NCBI RefSeq assembly: GCF_963921235.1
Contig: NC_086107.1
Span: 102,612,001-102,676,000, forward strand
Direction of reading: 5' to 3'
DNA length: 64,000 nt
Origin: Mobula hypostoma
Lineage: Eukaryota
Shown piece by piece: positions 25,189 to 37,785 of this stretch. Under the pieces are notes generated by a model that did not search any database, had not been told where the DNA came from, and was given only the letters and a program-made list of their open reading frames with translations. The position numbers and the translations under genes are program-made. Position 1 is the first letter of the stretch, and each line of letters begins with the position of its first letter.

Positions 25189-27487
25189 ACATAGAACATA
25201 GAATAGTACAGCACAGTACAGGTCCTTTGGCCCACATTGTTGTGCTGACCCTCAAACCCTGCCTCCCATATAACCCCCCCCACCTTAAATTCCTCCATGA
25301 ACCTGTCTAGTAGTCTCTTAAATTTCACTAGTGTATCTGCCTCCACCACTGACTCAGGCAGTGCATTCCATGCACCAACCACTCTCTGAGTAAAAAACCT
25401 TCCTCTAATATCCCCCTTGAACTTCCCACCCCATACCTTAAAGCCATGTCCTCTTGTATTGAGCAGTGGTGCCCTGGGGAAGAGGCACTGGCTATCCACT
25501 CTATCTATTCCTCTTAATATCTTGTATACCTCGATCATGTCTCCTCTCATCCTCCTTCTCTCCAAAGAGTAAAACCCTAGCTCCCTTAATCTCTGATCAT
25601 AATCCATACTCTCTAAACCAGGCAGCATCCTGGTAAACCTCCTCTGTACCCTTTCCAATGCTTCCACATCCTTCCTATAGTGAGGCGACCAGAACTGGAC
25701 ACAGTATTCCAAGTGTGGCCTAACCAGAGTTTTAGAGAGCTGCATCATTACCTCGCAACTCTTAAACTCTGTCCCTCAACTTATGAAAGCTAACACCTCA
25801 TAAGCTTTCTTAACTACCCTATCTACCTGTGAGGCAACTTTCAGGGATCTGTGGACGTGTATCCCCAGATCCCACTGCTCCTCCACTCTACCAAGTATCC
25901 TGCCATTTACTTTGTACTCTGCTTTGGAGTTTGTCCTTCCAATGTGTACCACCTCACACTTCTCCAGGTTGAACTCCATCTGCCACTTCTCAGCCCACTT
26001 CTGCAACCTATCAATGTCTCTCTGCAATCTTTGACAATCCTCTACACTATCTACAACACCACCAACCTTTGTGTCGTCTGCAAACTTGTCAACCCACCCT
26101 TCTACCCCCACATCCAGGTCGTTAATAAAATCACGAAAAGTAGAGGTCCCAGAACAGATCCTTGTGGGACACCACTAGTCACAATCCTCCAATCTGAATG
26201 TACTCCCTCCACCATGACCCTCTGCCTTCTGCAGGCAAGCCAATTCTGAATCCACCTGGCTAAACTTCCCTGGATCCCATGCCTTCTGACTTTCTGAATA
26301 AGCCTACTGTGTGGAACCTTGTCAAATGCCTTACTAAAGTCCATATACATCACATCCACTGCACTACCCTCATCTATATGCCTGGTCACCTCCTCGAAGA
26401 ACTCTGTCAGGCTTGTTAGACACGATCTGCCCTTCACAAAGCCATGCTGACTGTCCCTGATCAGACCATGATTCTCTAAATGCCCATAGATACTATCTCT
26501 AAGAATCTTTTCCAACAGCTTTCCCACCACAAGCATAAGGCTCACTGGTCTGTAATTACCCGGACTATCCTTACTACCTTTTTTGAACAAGGGGACAACA
26601 TTTGCCTCTCTCTAATCCTCCGGTACCATTCCCATAGACAATGAGGACATAAAGATCCTAGCCAGAGGCTCAGCAATCTCTTCCCTCGCCTCGTGGAGCA
26701 GCCTGGGGAATATTCCGTCAGGCCCTGGGGACTTATCCGTCCTAATGTATTTTAATAACTCCAGCACCTCCTCTGCCTTAATATCAACATGCTCCAGAAC
26801 ATCAACCTCACTCATATTGTCCTCACAGTCATCAAGTTCCCTCTCATTGGTGAATACCGAAGAGAAGTATTCATTGAGGACCTCGCTCACTTCCACAGCC
26901 TCCAGACACATCTTCCCACCTATGTCTCTAATTGGTCCTCCTTCACTCCTGTCATCCTTTTGTTCTTTGCATAATTGAAGAATGCCTTGGGGTTTTCCTT
27001 TACCCTGCCTGCCAAGGCCTTCTCATGCCCCCTTCTTGCTCTTCTCAGCCCCTTCTTAAGGTCCTTTCTTGCTACCCTATATTCCTCAATAGACCCATCT
27101 GATCCTTGCTTCCTAAACCTCATGTATGCTGCCTTCTTCCACCTGACTAGATTTTCCACCTCACTTGTCACCCATGGTTCCTTCACCCTACCATTCTTTA
27201 TCTTCCTCACCAGGACAAATTTATCCCTAACATCCTGCGAGAGATCTCTAAACAGCGACCACTTGTCCATAGTACATTTCCCTGCAAAAGCATCATCCCA
27301 ATTCACACCCGCAAGTTCTAGCCTTATAGCCTCATAATTTGCCCTTCCCCAATTAAAAATTTTCCTGTCCTCTCTGATTCTGTCCTTTTCCATGATAATG
27401 TTAAAGGCCAGGGAGCAGTGGTCACTGTCCCCCAGATGCTCACCCACTGAGAGATCTGTGACCTGACCTGGCTCATTACCTAATACT
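25189..27487 (-). mobile_element. CR1-like LINE, 5'-truncated ORF2 (RT) with frameshifts
   Basis: Consecutive ORFs: [61 protein letters not shown]. Confidence 0.95.
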
Positions 27488-27610
27488 CTGGTATTTCTTG
27501 TTTGGGCTGATTGTACATCAAAATGTGGCACAACTGTGTACCCGTCGGGTTAGTCACTGTTAATAAGAGATCTCACATATGATGATGAATATTTCTGCTT
27601 CCCCCACCAG

Positions 27611-27650
27611 ATCGCCATTACCTTATCCTGGAAGTCAGGATGAATATGAG
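27611..27650 (+). CDS. ZC3H7A: ZC3H7 coding exon 2, (Q)SPLPYPGSQDEYE
   Basis: cccaccAG acceptor, GAG|GTACAT donor; 40 nt restores frame; SPLxYPG is ZC3H7A-like. Confidence 0.9.
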
Positions 27651-29470
27651 GTACATGCATTCCTTCCTGTACTTTATTACTATTTGTTTTTCAAATTGTT
27701 TGTTGAACCATCAAGTTACTGGAAGCCACACTTTTATCTCAGTGGGAATAGCATAGTCCCCACCATCTTGTAATCTGGGTGTGTTTCATTACAGTTCCAT
27801 TCTAAAATTGCACATGGAGTGGAGCGCATAAAGCCTTTCATCTTGAAGCCTATTAAGGTTACCTAGCAGTTATGACACAACTTCAGTTTGTTCATGGAAC
27901 TTTACCTTAGAGGTAGTGGATAGTTCCTCTGAGGTCAGTGAGTTGCTTTCTTGCATGGTTCCCTCTAAGCAGCACAGATGGGCAGCCACGCAATAACTGA
28001 AATGCTCCCATGCACATAGCCTTTGTTGCCATGCAGCTGGAATTTTCTTTTCTATAATGCTTTTACAGTGCTGTGCAGTTTTCAGGCTGTATAATAATTT
28101 CCTGCTCAGAGCAGTGGTTGTTCAGCACAGCTGTAAAAAAAAATTAGAGGGAACTTTGGTCTGTTATTATTTGTATTAATCATACAAATATAGACACCAT
28201 ACTGCATCTGTCCTGTGAGACAATTGCCATCATTTTAGTGTTTTAGTTGCCAGTCTTCCTTGTTGTACAGAATGAAAGTGCTGCATTTGTGGCCATCTCA
28301 GGGAAAACCAGGTCCATGAGCGTTTTTAGAACAGGCCATGGAAGATGCAGCAACCTGTTGCCCCAATGGAAACATATGAGCAAAAATTCCCACTGTAACT
28401 GCAAACTACCACCCAGTCTTTATCCTCAATGTTGTTCTGAATGGTCCTTCAGAAGTAACGTACTATCTGAATATGCATACTTTATCTAGATCCACAACTC
28501 AATGTATGGCTTTAACCTTGTGCTCAATTAGGCATTCACAGGATGGTGAAAGGTTCTTGGTTCCGTTCTGAATCCCATTGAATTAGAGCATTAAAAGGGT
28601 GGTTGAAGGAGCATTTCTGCCCTTGCTTAAACTTACCCTAGTGCAAAGGAAACGTTTTCTCTTATTAACGGAATTAAAATTGGATATATTATCACTGACT
28701 TAGATGACACAATATTCGTTGTTTTACAGCAGCAGAACAGTACAAAGACATTAAAATTTACTACAAGTTACAAAATAAATAGTGCAGGAGAAAAAGGAAT
28801 AACAACTTTGTGTTGAATACTGTTGAGAAATCTGATGGCAGATGGGAAGAAGCTGTTACTGAGTCATTGAGTGTGGGTTAAGATTCTATATTAATGCTCC
28901 TCCCTTACTCTATCCTCCTCCTTCCCCACTGATGGAAATAGTGTGTAATTTGGTTCACAGCTTAATTCACTTCTGCTGGGTTTGATTGTTCTATTTTTGT
29001 TTTATATCAGCGTAAGAATGTGCTTTTCCGCAGTTGGTGCTTGATCAGTATTGGTGGAGGTTAGCAGGAGACTGCATGTTGAATTGGAGTGGTTAATTAG
29101 CCTTGCATCCTAAATGTGGACTTCAGTGAAACAGAATAAGAGCAAGGTTTAGATTTCAAAACTTAGCAATCCTATCCCCAGGAGCAAGTTTGCAGACAGC
29201 TAGGCATCAGGTCCATATATTTTATCACAATCAAGGAAGAAGAGTTACCTCACACATTCCTTGCATTGGAAGAAGTCTTCTCCCCCCTTTCCCCACTCTG
29301 CTCAAGATCAGTGTAATAGATGTGAACCATCAGAAAATTCATGAGGTAAGGTGGAAAGATGGTGACTGTGTGGGAGCACTTTTTCCGGCTTTCCTCTCTG
29401 CTCAGGTAAGCCAGCTGTAAGAACTCATCAGAGAACCTTAATAGTCAGACTAGGCAGAAAAACTTGGTAA

Positions 29471-29981
29471 AGGCTGATTTATACTTCTGTGTCATATTGG
29501 CGCCGTAGGTACGGCGTCACCGCAAACCCTATGCAGAGCCAACGCGGATCCCTACGCCGTAGCCTGACGCACACCTCTCCCAAAATGTAACTACGCGTCG
29601 CGGCAACGCAGACTGCAACAACTGTGATTGGTCCGCCTGGTAGCATCGCATTTCCTCCTACGCTGCAATAGCCTCCCATTGGGCGACTGAAGGGCAGGGA
29701 AGGAACTCTGGCTGCAATGCTTTCCATAAAGCTTTACAGACCCCCGAAATTATGGATGCATTTCGCTTTTACGAAAAAGATGCTCGCTTTAAACTTGTTT
29801 ACCCTGAGAAAGACTATCATGACCATGAAGCCTTGCACAGGCAGGTGTGTGCGCATGCGTGACGTGCGCGAATTGCAGAGCGACGTAGACACACCAACGC
29901 ACAAGTATAAATGCTCACAACGCGTGTAGGCCTCTTGTGTAGGTTACGGCGTCCATTTGACGCAGAAGTATAAATCAGCCT
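29471..29981. mobile_element. PIF/Harbinger-type MITE (511 bp)
   Basis: 24-bp TIRs AGGCTGATTTATACTTCTG(T/C)GTCA, flanked by TAA / TTA; CpG-rich interior. Confidence 0.85.
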
Positions 29982-30167
29982 TTAGCTTTCTGACATCCAC
30001 GCTGAGTCGGTAGAGAAGGAAGAGGAAGTAATGTTGTAGTAACATAGTCTAACTGAAACAGATGTTCTATTTAATACAAAATGACAGCATGAGTTTTGAA
30101 CTGTTCAGCAGCAAGTATTGCAGGCTTCAGTTTAAATTTACATTTATTCTTTTGTTCATCTGTTAAG

Positions 30168-30365
30168 ACCTTTCTGCATCAGCTTGTTAAAAACTTATTG
30201 GAAGAAGGGAATGAGCTATACCAAGAGAAGGATTATAAACAGGCCCTGTTCCAATATGTAGAGGCCTTGAACGTAGCCCAGTATGCACAATCAGATGAAG
30301 TGGTAATCGCACAACGGTTACTGGAGCACCTCTATGTTAATCGAGCAACCTGCTATTTCAGTATG
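30168..30365 (+). CDS. ZC3H7A: ZC3H7 coding exon 3, TPR region TFLHQLVKNLLEEGNELY...NRATCYFSM
   Basis: tgttaAG acceptor, ATG|GTGAGT donor, 198 nt; TPR consensus (GN..Y..KDY..A...Y..AL; L..NRA.CY). Confidence 0.93.
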
Positions 30366-30659
30366 GTGAGTACTATCAAGGATTTTATAACTTATAATTA
30401 TTTTTAAGACAAAGAATGCAGCTGCATTAGTTGATATTTATCCTTCAGCCAACATGAATAAAAGGGATTATCTGTCATTTATGTTATTGTGGTTAGTGGA
30501 ATCTTGCTGCTTGAAGACGGGGTGCAACATTTCCTTCCCTTTCGAAGTACTCCCTTAGATATAAAGTTGTTTGAGATGTTAAGAATCTAAAAATGCGCTT
30601 TATAAAGCAACATTTTCCCATTCCTGTTCCTTTGTTTCCTTTTTTGTTTTTGCCTTTTT

Positions 30660-31250
30660 AAGACCATAAGACGCAGGAGCAGAATGATGCCATTTGACCC
30701 ATCGAGTCTGCTCCACCATTTCATCATGGCTGATCCATTTTCCCACTCAGCCCCAATCTCCTGCCTTCCATCTCTCCCCACCCCCGTATCCCTTCATGCG
30801 CTGACTAATCAAGAATTTATCAATCTTTGCCTTAAATATCCCCAATGACTTGGCCTGTGGCAACAAATTCCACAGATTCACCACTCTCTAGCTAAGGAAA
30901 TTCCTCCTCATCTCCATTCCAAAAGGACACCCCTCTTTTCTGAGGCTGTGCCCTCTGATCCTAGACCCTCTCACCATAGGAAACATCCTCTCCACATTCA
31001 CTCTGTTGAGGCCTTCCAACATTTGATGGGTTTCAATGAGGTCACCCCTCATTCTTCTGAATTCCGGTGAGTAGAGGCCCAGAGCCATCAAAAGCTCCTT
31101 GTATGATAAGCCTTTCAATCCCGGAATCATTTTCATAAACCTCCTTTGAACCCTCTCCAATGTCAGCACATTCTTTCTTTGATAAGGAGCCCAAAGCTGC
31201 TCACAGAGCTTCAACTGAGGACTCACTAGTGCATTATAAAGCCTTAACAT
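30660..31250 (-). mobile_element. CR1-like LINE 3' fragment
   Basis: ORF 30888-31268 LERVQRRF..MIPGL, TRGH-like motif; ccataaga 3' end. Confidence 0.85.
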
Positions 31251-31574
31251 TAATCCGTGCTTTTCCATTAACTCTTTTCATTCCCTCTTTTACATTCTTT
31301 TTATTTCATTTTCACTTTTGCTTACTGTGGCGGGACAACTTGTGTGATGTAATGGGTTCCTGTGTATGATCTTTTGTTCAAATTTAGCCTCGTCATGCAC
31401 CCTGGCCCAGCAGGGTGGCGGCTAGGGACGGATAGCAGCCCTGCCCTGTTTTATGGGGAAAACAAAAACGAAAGAAACAAGACAGAGGAATCAAATTCTG
31501 CTGTGTATATCATCGTTCAGGAGCCCATGACTGCTACTCAAGTGATCAGCATCAAAATAAAAGCAGTTGTTCAT

Positions 31575-31970
31575 CAACACACAGAAAATGCTGGAGGAAC
31601 TCAGCGGAAAATGAATACGCAGTCGACGTTTCAGGCCGAGACCTTTCTTTAGGACAGGAAAGGAAGGGGGGAAGATGCCAGAATAAAAATGAGGGAGGGG
31701 AATGACGATAGCTTGAAGGTGATAGGTGGGTAGGAAAGATAAATGGCTGGAGAGGAAGGAATCTAATAGGAAAGAAGAGTGGACCATAGCAGAAAGCGAA
31801 AGAGGAGGAGACTAAGGGGGAGGTGATAGACAGGTGAGAAGAGGCAAGAGGCCTGAGTAGGGAATAGAAGAGGGGAGGAAGGGGAGGGAGTTTTTTTTCC
31901 CGGAAAGAGTAATCGATATTCGTGCCATCAGGTTGGAGGCTATCCAGATGGCATATAAGGTGTTGTTCTT
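31575..31970 (-). mobile_element. Penelope-like 3' end
   Basis: GCTGGAGGAACTCAGC, degenerate hammerhead 31621-31655, rc of QHLICHLDSLQPDGTNIDY. Confidence 0.7.
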
Positions 31971-32179
31971 TAATGTGTTGTTATCCCGTGTACTAAAATA
32001 CTGTGGAAAAACTTTGTTCTGCATGACTTCAATACAGATCATTCCAAAACATAAATGCATCGGGGTAGTACAAAGGGGAAATCAATAACAGGATGTGCTG
32101 CAGTGCAGGTAGACAAATAAGGTGCAAGGATACCAATGAGGTAGAGTGAGAGATCAATTGTGTTGTTTTTTAAATGGAT

Positions 32180-34725
32180 GTGAAATGTAGAAAACAGGAA
32201 CGTTAACTTGGGTCACAGTAGAGATGATATATCTTGGGTGTCCGCAACAGGACATAGATGGGATTAAGAAAGTTAATGGCAACCTTGGGAGAAATTCTCT
32301 TTTATTCTGGATGGAATGATGGGCCATACCACAAGGTTGTGGCACGGTACCTGCTTAAGTGGAAGCCCGTATTCAGCAGGGTTATAAGAGCCAAACTTAA
32401 AGTGAAAAATAGCAGCATCATCCTGATTCTGCGCGATTCTCCGACAAGTAACAGCGACGAAAAAGCAAAGGAGAAGTTCTGCCTGATGTTGAAGGCAGAG
32501 CTAGGGAGAGTACCACCTTTGGTGGGGAAACAGCATCAGTAAAGACTTTACAAATAATGGCTGTAATGTGAACATATGGCACCGTGAATGAAACCTGAGT
32601 GGAGTTTGTTGATCTTTGCAATATAAATGTTCAAGTTTTCAGCAGAGCGTTCTCTTAGCAAGCTGATATGGTGTTTCTGAATGGCAAAAATAACAAACAC
32701 TTCTACACTTGTGATGATCAATAATAAATGGTGATAAACCACTGGCAGCACTGAATGTGAAAAGGTGACCATAGTGCTAAAGCTGGGAAGGGTGAGTTTG
32801 CCAAATAAGGGACAGTGATGCTTTGACATTGACATTGCTAAAGCTGCCTGAAGCACTAAAATATTTTGTTCTGTAGCAAAAGAATGTATTTTGGGCATTT
32901 ACAGTCTTTAATTAAGAGGAGGAGAATACAAAATCAACAAGAACTGGAATAGAGGCAAGAATTTATAACAAGAGAATATTGTTAGACTGCAGGCTAAAGA
33001 GAGGATGGATTATATGCCCTATAATCCATTTTATTTTATAATCCTTATATAGATTATATGCATATAAGAGAGGGAGGGGTGGATCCTTTTTATGACCATG
33101 TGGAGTCATAAAGAGAAAGATTCCAGGTACAAAGATCCCAGAGGTTATTGGACATGAGCAGTCGAGCATGATGCATGAGGGAAGACAAATAAGACTAGAT
33201 GGATTACCCAGCAGCACAAACAGAAGATGCAGCTGCCAACGGTGAGCATGGAACCATTTACAGAATGACACAGTTTACCAAAGCCAGACATCAACACTAT
33301 GCTATACATGTCAGCAGGTGGCTTTCGTGACTGTTAACAGCAAAATAACAAGAAGGATGCATGACAGAGCACTTCAAAGTATTGCTGAATCAGAAACCAA
33401 CTAAACATAGGGAGGCAAAATAAGATCTTGATGTGACAACACACTACCAAAGCAAGAGATCGTACAAGCTATCAAATCCTTAAAATCTGGAAAGCTTCCC
33501 TGCCAGGACAACTCAAATGCAGAATTCTTCAAGGTAAATCCCGAGTTAGCAATATTTATCCTGGCTCCCCACTTGCAACTGTCTGGGAAAGGGAAAGCCA
33601 ACTGACTGATTGGACCCAGAAGATGCACGGTAAAGATTCCCAACAGGGTCACAGTAAAAATTCCCAAGGAAAAAGCACTCAGTGATTGGCAGGATATGAC
33701 ACTTCTATCAGACCCACTTTGAAAAGAGAAAGCTAGTTTTTAGAATGAGTATAGATGTACTGAGTAGATCTTTAAGCTATGAAACATTATTTTCAAGGAT
33801 CACAAATCAAGTTTTAATTTGCTGTGGTACAGTATGTTGGCGTGACATACAACAAAAACAACATTCAACAATTCTAAAGAATTAAGAATGGTATAAAACT
33901 AAATTAGAGAATAAAGTACAGATATTGAATATAACGTGCATAAGTACCAGCATGTATTTACAATGTAAACAGCATTATAAGGAGTGGTTTAGAGTGCAGT
34001 GACTGAGGTAATTGATAAAGTGGGGTGGGGCAGAGCTAACTAGAATAGTTGATCAAATTAGCTGCCCGGAGGAAAGGACTGTTAAGATGGTGTGAACTTT
34101 TTGTTTGAATAGCCCTACAACCAAAAGGGGGCTTCTGGAAAAGGCAGTTTGTAGGGTGGATAATCCACTTCAATATTATCATTTATTGAATAATATGGAG
34201 AATCGTAGAGGACATGCCAAAAGGCATCAGATGGATGGCCTTCTCATCCCTTGAAGACCCTCTTTACAGATGCTCCTGCTGTCCAGTAACAAACCCAATA
34301 CCAAATATAAAGAAAAAGAACTACCTGACTTAATGGATTTGATCAGTAAATCGCACTGAGAATTAGTAATAACAGGTCAGATATTATGACCTCCAAAGCT
34401 GCCTCACCATCACTGGTGTGGATAGAAGATCACCTTCTCACCAATGAGCAAGCAAACACATTAGGTAGTAGTACCAAACAACAGGAATTCTGCAGATGCT
34501 GGAGATTCAAGCAACATACATCAAAGTTGCTGGTGAATGCAGCAGGCCAAGCAGCATCTATAGGAAGAGGCGCAGTCGACGTTTCAGGCCGAGACCCTTC
34601 GTCAGGTAGTAGTACCAAGCAGAGGGGTGGATATCCTGAACAGAACTGCTAAATAAAGCCAAGAACATCTTCAGAAGCTGAGATTTGGTCTGGAAATTAT
34701 TCAAACACAACATTAAAGGCAAGTA
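32180..34725 (+). mobile_element. Highly degenerate RTE-clade LINE (APE + RT remnants), interrupted by other repeats
   Basis: LGEILFYSG, WKPVFSRVIRAKL...SPTSNSDEKAKEKF, GTVNET*VEFVDLC, KIPKG, LGSSTKQRGG patterns. Confidence 0.65.
34478..34603 (-). mobile_element. 126-bp Penelope-like end truncated at its hammerhead
   Basis: Perfect 15-bp TSD AGGTAGTAGTACCAA (34463-77 / 34604-18). Confidence 0.85.
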
Positions 34726-34744
34726 AAATTTATCAGATCGTTTG

Positions 34745-34922
34745 TTGTTCCTTTCCATGCCACGTGGTGCAGTGGCCAATACCTTGCTGTTTTCCTTAGC
34801 ATTTTTCTGTTTTTTATGAGTCTGAGTTGCTAGTTCAACACTCAACCAAGCACGATTGGAAAGCGCGCAAGGACCATTCGCCTCGAAGTCCGGTGCTGAT
34901 GTCACTACGCCACCAGCCGGCT
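34745..34922 (-). mobile_element. tRNA-derived SINE (same head as 22069 and 41035 copies)
   Basis: rc GCCGGCTGGTGGCGTAGTGACATCAGCACCGGAC. Confidence 0.65.
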
Positions 34923-35332
34923 ATTAGATCTTTTAATGCTTCTATAATGTAGATTTTGGAGAATGATGGAATATGATACTGTCAGCGTGCTTCAGAAACA
35001 TCCTGAGTGTACTTTTGGCCCAGGACAATCTCAATCCAGTTGTACAAGCATTTTTCATCCAGCCAGAATCTGTGCTGAAAGTGGTGGTTGGTAAGGGGAT
35101 GGGTAGAGTTCATGGAAGCCAACAATTGGTCTTCAATGGGCAAGGTGAGAGAGCAATTAATTGAGGTATTAAAGCAATTGGGGCTGATAATTGTGTCGCA
35201 AGACCTGAAGCGAAGCAGCACTTTTAAGAAAATAATGAAAATAAAAGTACATTTTTCAATCCCAGTGTGGAGCAATGGGGGGGAAAGTACAAATCTGTGT
35301 CATTGGATTGCTAACTTTCACTATTCTTGCAG

Positions 35333-35491
35333 GGTGTTTATGAGAAAGCTCTTGAAGACTGTGAAAATGCTTTGAAGCTCAATGAAAATAACTATCGAGC
35401 TCTTTATCGGAAAACCAGAGCACTCAATGAACTAGGAAAGCATAAAGAAGCTTATGAGTGCATCGCCAAGTGTTCCTTTGCTGTCCCCCAG
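35333..35491 (+). CDS. ZC3H7A: ZC3H7 coding exon 4, TPR region GVYEKALEDCENALKLNENNYRALYRK...KCSFAVPQ
   Basis: Branch-like CTAAC at 35311, ttcttgcAG acceptor, CAG|GTGAGT donor, 159 nt in frame. Confidence 0.93.
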
Positions 35492-35947
35492 GTGAGTAGG
35501 CCTGTTTACAAGCAGTGCAATTCCTTGTTTCAATCCTCACTTGCATTGTAATCTGCAAAATTTACTTGGTCGAGAGACTCAATTCCCTGTTTCGCAAGTC
35601 CATCGAATTTTAGAGTCCTAGAGAAATACAGCATTAAAATAGGCTCCTTGGCCCTTCTCTATTTCTGCTTTCTGTTTGCCAACCTTTCTGCTGTCACTAA
35701 TAGGGTTCTAACCAGATAAATGGCTTTTCAAAGGCATTTTGGAAGTCCAGGTTTTTTTTATGTTTTCTGCACTGCGTTATACCTGTCTTTCATCGTAATA
35801 CTTTTTCAAAGAATTAAACAAAGATGGTCAAGCTTTAAGCTTTGAATTTTGTGTGACTTTTTCTCTGGATGTTTTACTGCTAACTACGTGAGGCTTTATT
35901 TTGAGATTGTGACTCCTGTTCCAGACATCCCAGTCACAGGAAACATT

Positions 35948-36216
35948 TTGAGATACAGTGCTGAGTTGGCCCTTTGAGCCGTGCTGTCCTGCAATCCCCC
36001 AATTTAACCCTAACCTAATCACAGGGCAATCTATAACGACCAACTAACCTACCAACTGGTACGTCTTTGGACTGTGGGAGGAAACCAGAGCACCCGGAGG
36101 AAACCCACGCGGTCACTGGGTGAATGTACTAACTCCTTACAGGCACTGGTGGGAATTGAACGCAAATTCCCTGTACTGTAAAGTGTTGTGCTAACCACTA
36201 CACTACCATGCCGCCT
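35948..36216 (-). mobile_element. V-SINE/HE1-like tRNA SINE
   Basis: GTCTTTGGACTGTGGGAGGAAACC.GAGCACCCGGAGGAAACCCAC core; copies at 12640-12785, 46360-46620, 49880-50150 (+), 62040-62285. Confidence 0.8.
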
Positions 36217-37049
36217 CTGGTATCACAAAATCACAAAATATAATCTGCTGCTCACATTAAGCCAACCCCAGCTGGTCCAAGGTTCCATGAATGTATTCCA
36301 TTCCCATTTTTAAAACTTAGAATAGTGGACGTAGACTTAGTATTAAGCTTTAGACAATTAGTAATAGTGCTGCGTCCTGCATCAAGCTATTGAAGTAGGC
36401 TGCTCGTTTGCTTTGACCACCGAGGCTCTGAAATGAGTAGCTGCCACTGTTCAGCAGGGCATAGCTTCTTCCTGCTTTGAACTTTGTGGCACAGTTGCAA
36501 TACAGGGCAATGCTTGTGTGATGTGTGGGACCTAAATGCACTGCCTTCTATACTTTAATGCTTTAACAAACTCAGATGTCTCTTGCTGCTCCCATTCTGC
36601 CACAGAATTGAGTAGTGAAAAATGCTCCCCTTTCAGAATGTCACTGGGATTATATTGTATCCATGCATGCAAAATCAGTCTCTGACATTATTGAATGGTC
36701 GGAAGCATCCAGCAGGAAAAATAAAACTACTTTCAATCATTTTATTCATGATAGAAATATTTGTCACCCACCCAGATCTATGTGAACCCTCAGGGAGAGG
36801 CAAACTTGAGGTTAAAAACTAAGCCTCTTTGAGAAAATTATTTAGAAATTCCCCCTCTGACCTCTCTTACAGGATTGGTACCAGTCCAGGTATTTCCCGA
36901 CACTGTCAACAGTCATTATACGATGTGATTTCTGTCCCGCCCTGTACAAGCTGGCTCGATATTGGAAGTATTAATTGTATCATTGTCCACTGTAAGAGTT
37001 GCCGTTTGCTCCTCTTGATTAGAACTGCCAAATACCCAATCCAATTCTG

Positions 37050-37583
37050 GTTTTGTGCAACTAGGAAATTTGATTAGGAAGGAGGTTGAGGCTTTGGAGA
37101 GGGTGCAAAAGAGGTTTACCAGGATGCTACCTGGTTTAGAGGGCATCTGCTATCATGAGAGGCTGGATAAACTTGGGTTGTTTTCTCTGGAGGTTGGGGG
37201 CTGAAGGGAGGATCTGATAGAGGTTTTCAACAGTATGAGAGACATAGAGTGGATAAAGAGTATCTATTTCCCAGGGTTGAAATATCTAATACCAAGAAGA
37301 CATTCATTGAATGTGAAAGGGGGTGGGTTCAAGGGGGATATGAGGGGTAAGTTTTTTTACTCAGAGAGTGGTGGATGCCTGGAATGCACTGCCTGGTATG
37401 ATGGTGGAGGCAAATACATTAAAGACTTTTAAGAGACATTTGTCTAGGCACATGGATGTGAGGAAGATGGAGGGATAGGGACATTGTGTATACAGGAGGG
37501 ATTAGTGTTTGGGTGTTTTTGATTTGCTTTTTAGCTGGTTCAGCACAACATTGTCAGCCGAATGGCCTGTTCCTGTGTTGTAC
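37050..37583 (+). mobile_element. CR1-like LINE 3' fragment (same subfamily as 13959-14625)
   Basis: Near-identical 3' region GGTTCAGCACAACATTG...GAATGGCCTGTTCCTGTG. Confidence 0.85.
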
Positions 37584-37785
37584 GTGTTGATCATTGGCCT
37601 TCCCTCACCAAACATTTGAAATTGGTTATTTTACAATCCTTGTTTAGAGAAAGTACTGGCTCAGACCATCTTAGTCCACAGGCCTCAGTTCTGAAAACCT
37701 GTCACTAATGGGCTTTGAACATGTATTAGCTGTGTAGGCAGCCTTTACTTAAACACAAAGTTGTTCTGTTGTATCTCCCAACTAG

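Noticed and set aside
29471..29981. Intronic CpG-island promoter
   Set aside because: The CpG-rich segment is bounded exactly by TIRs, so it is a MITE
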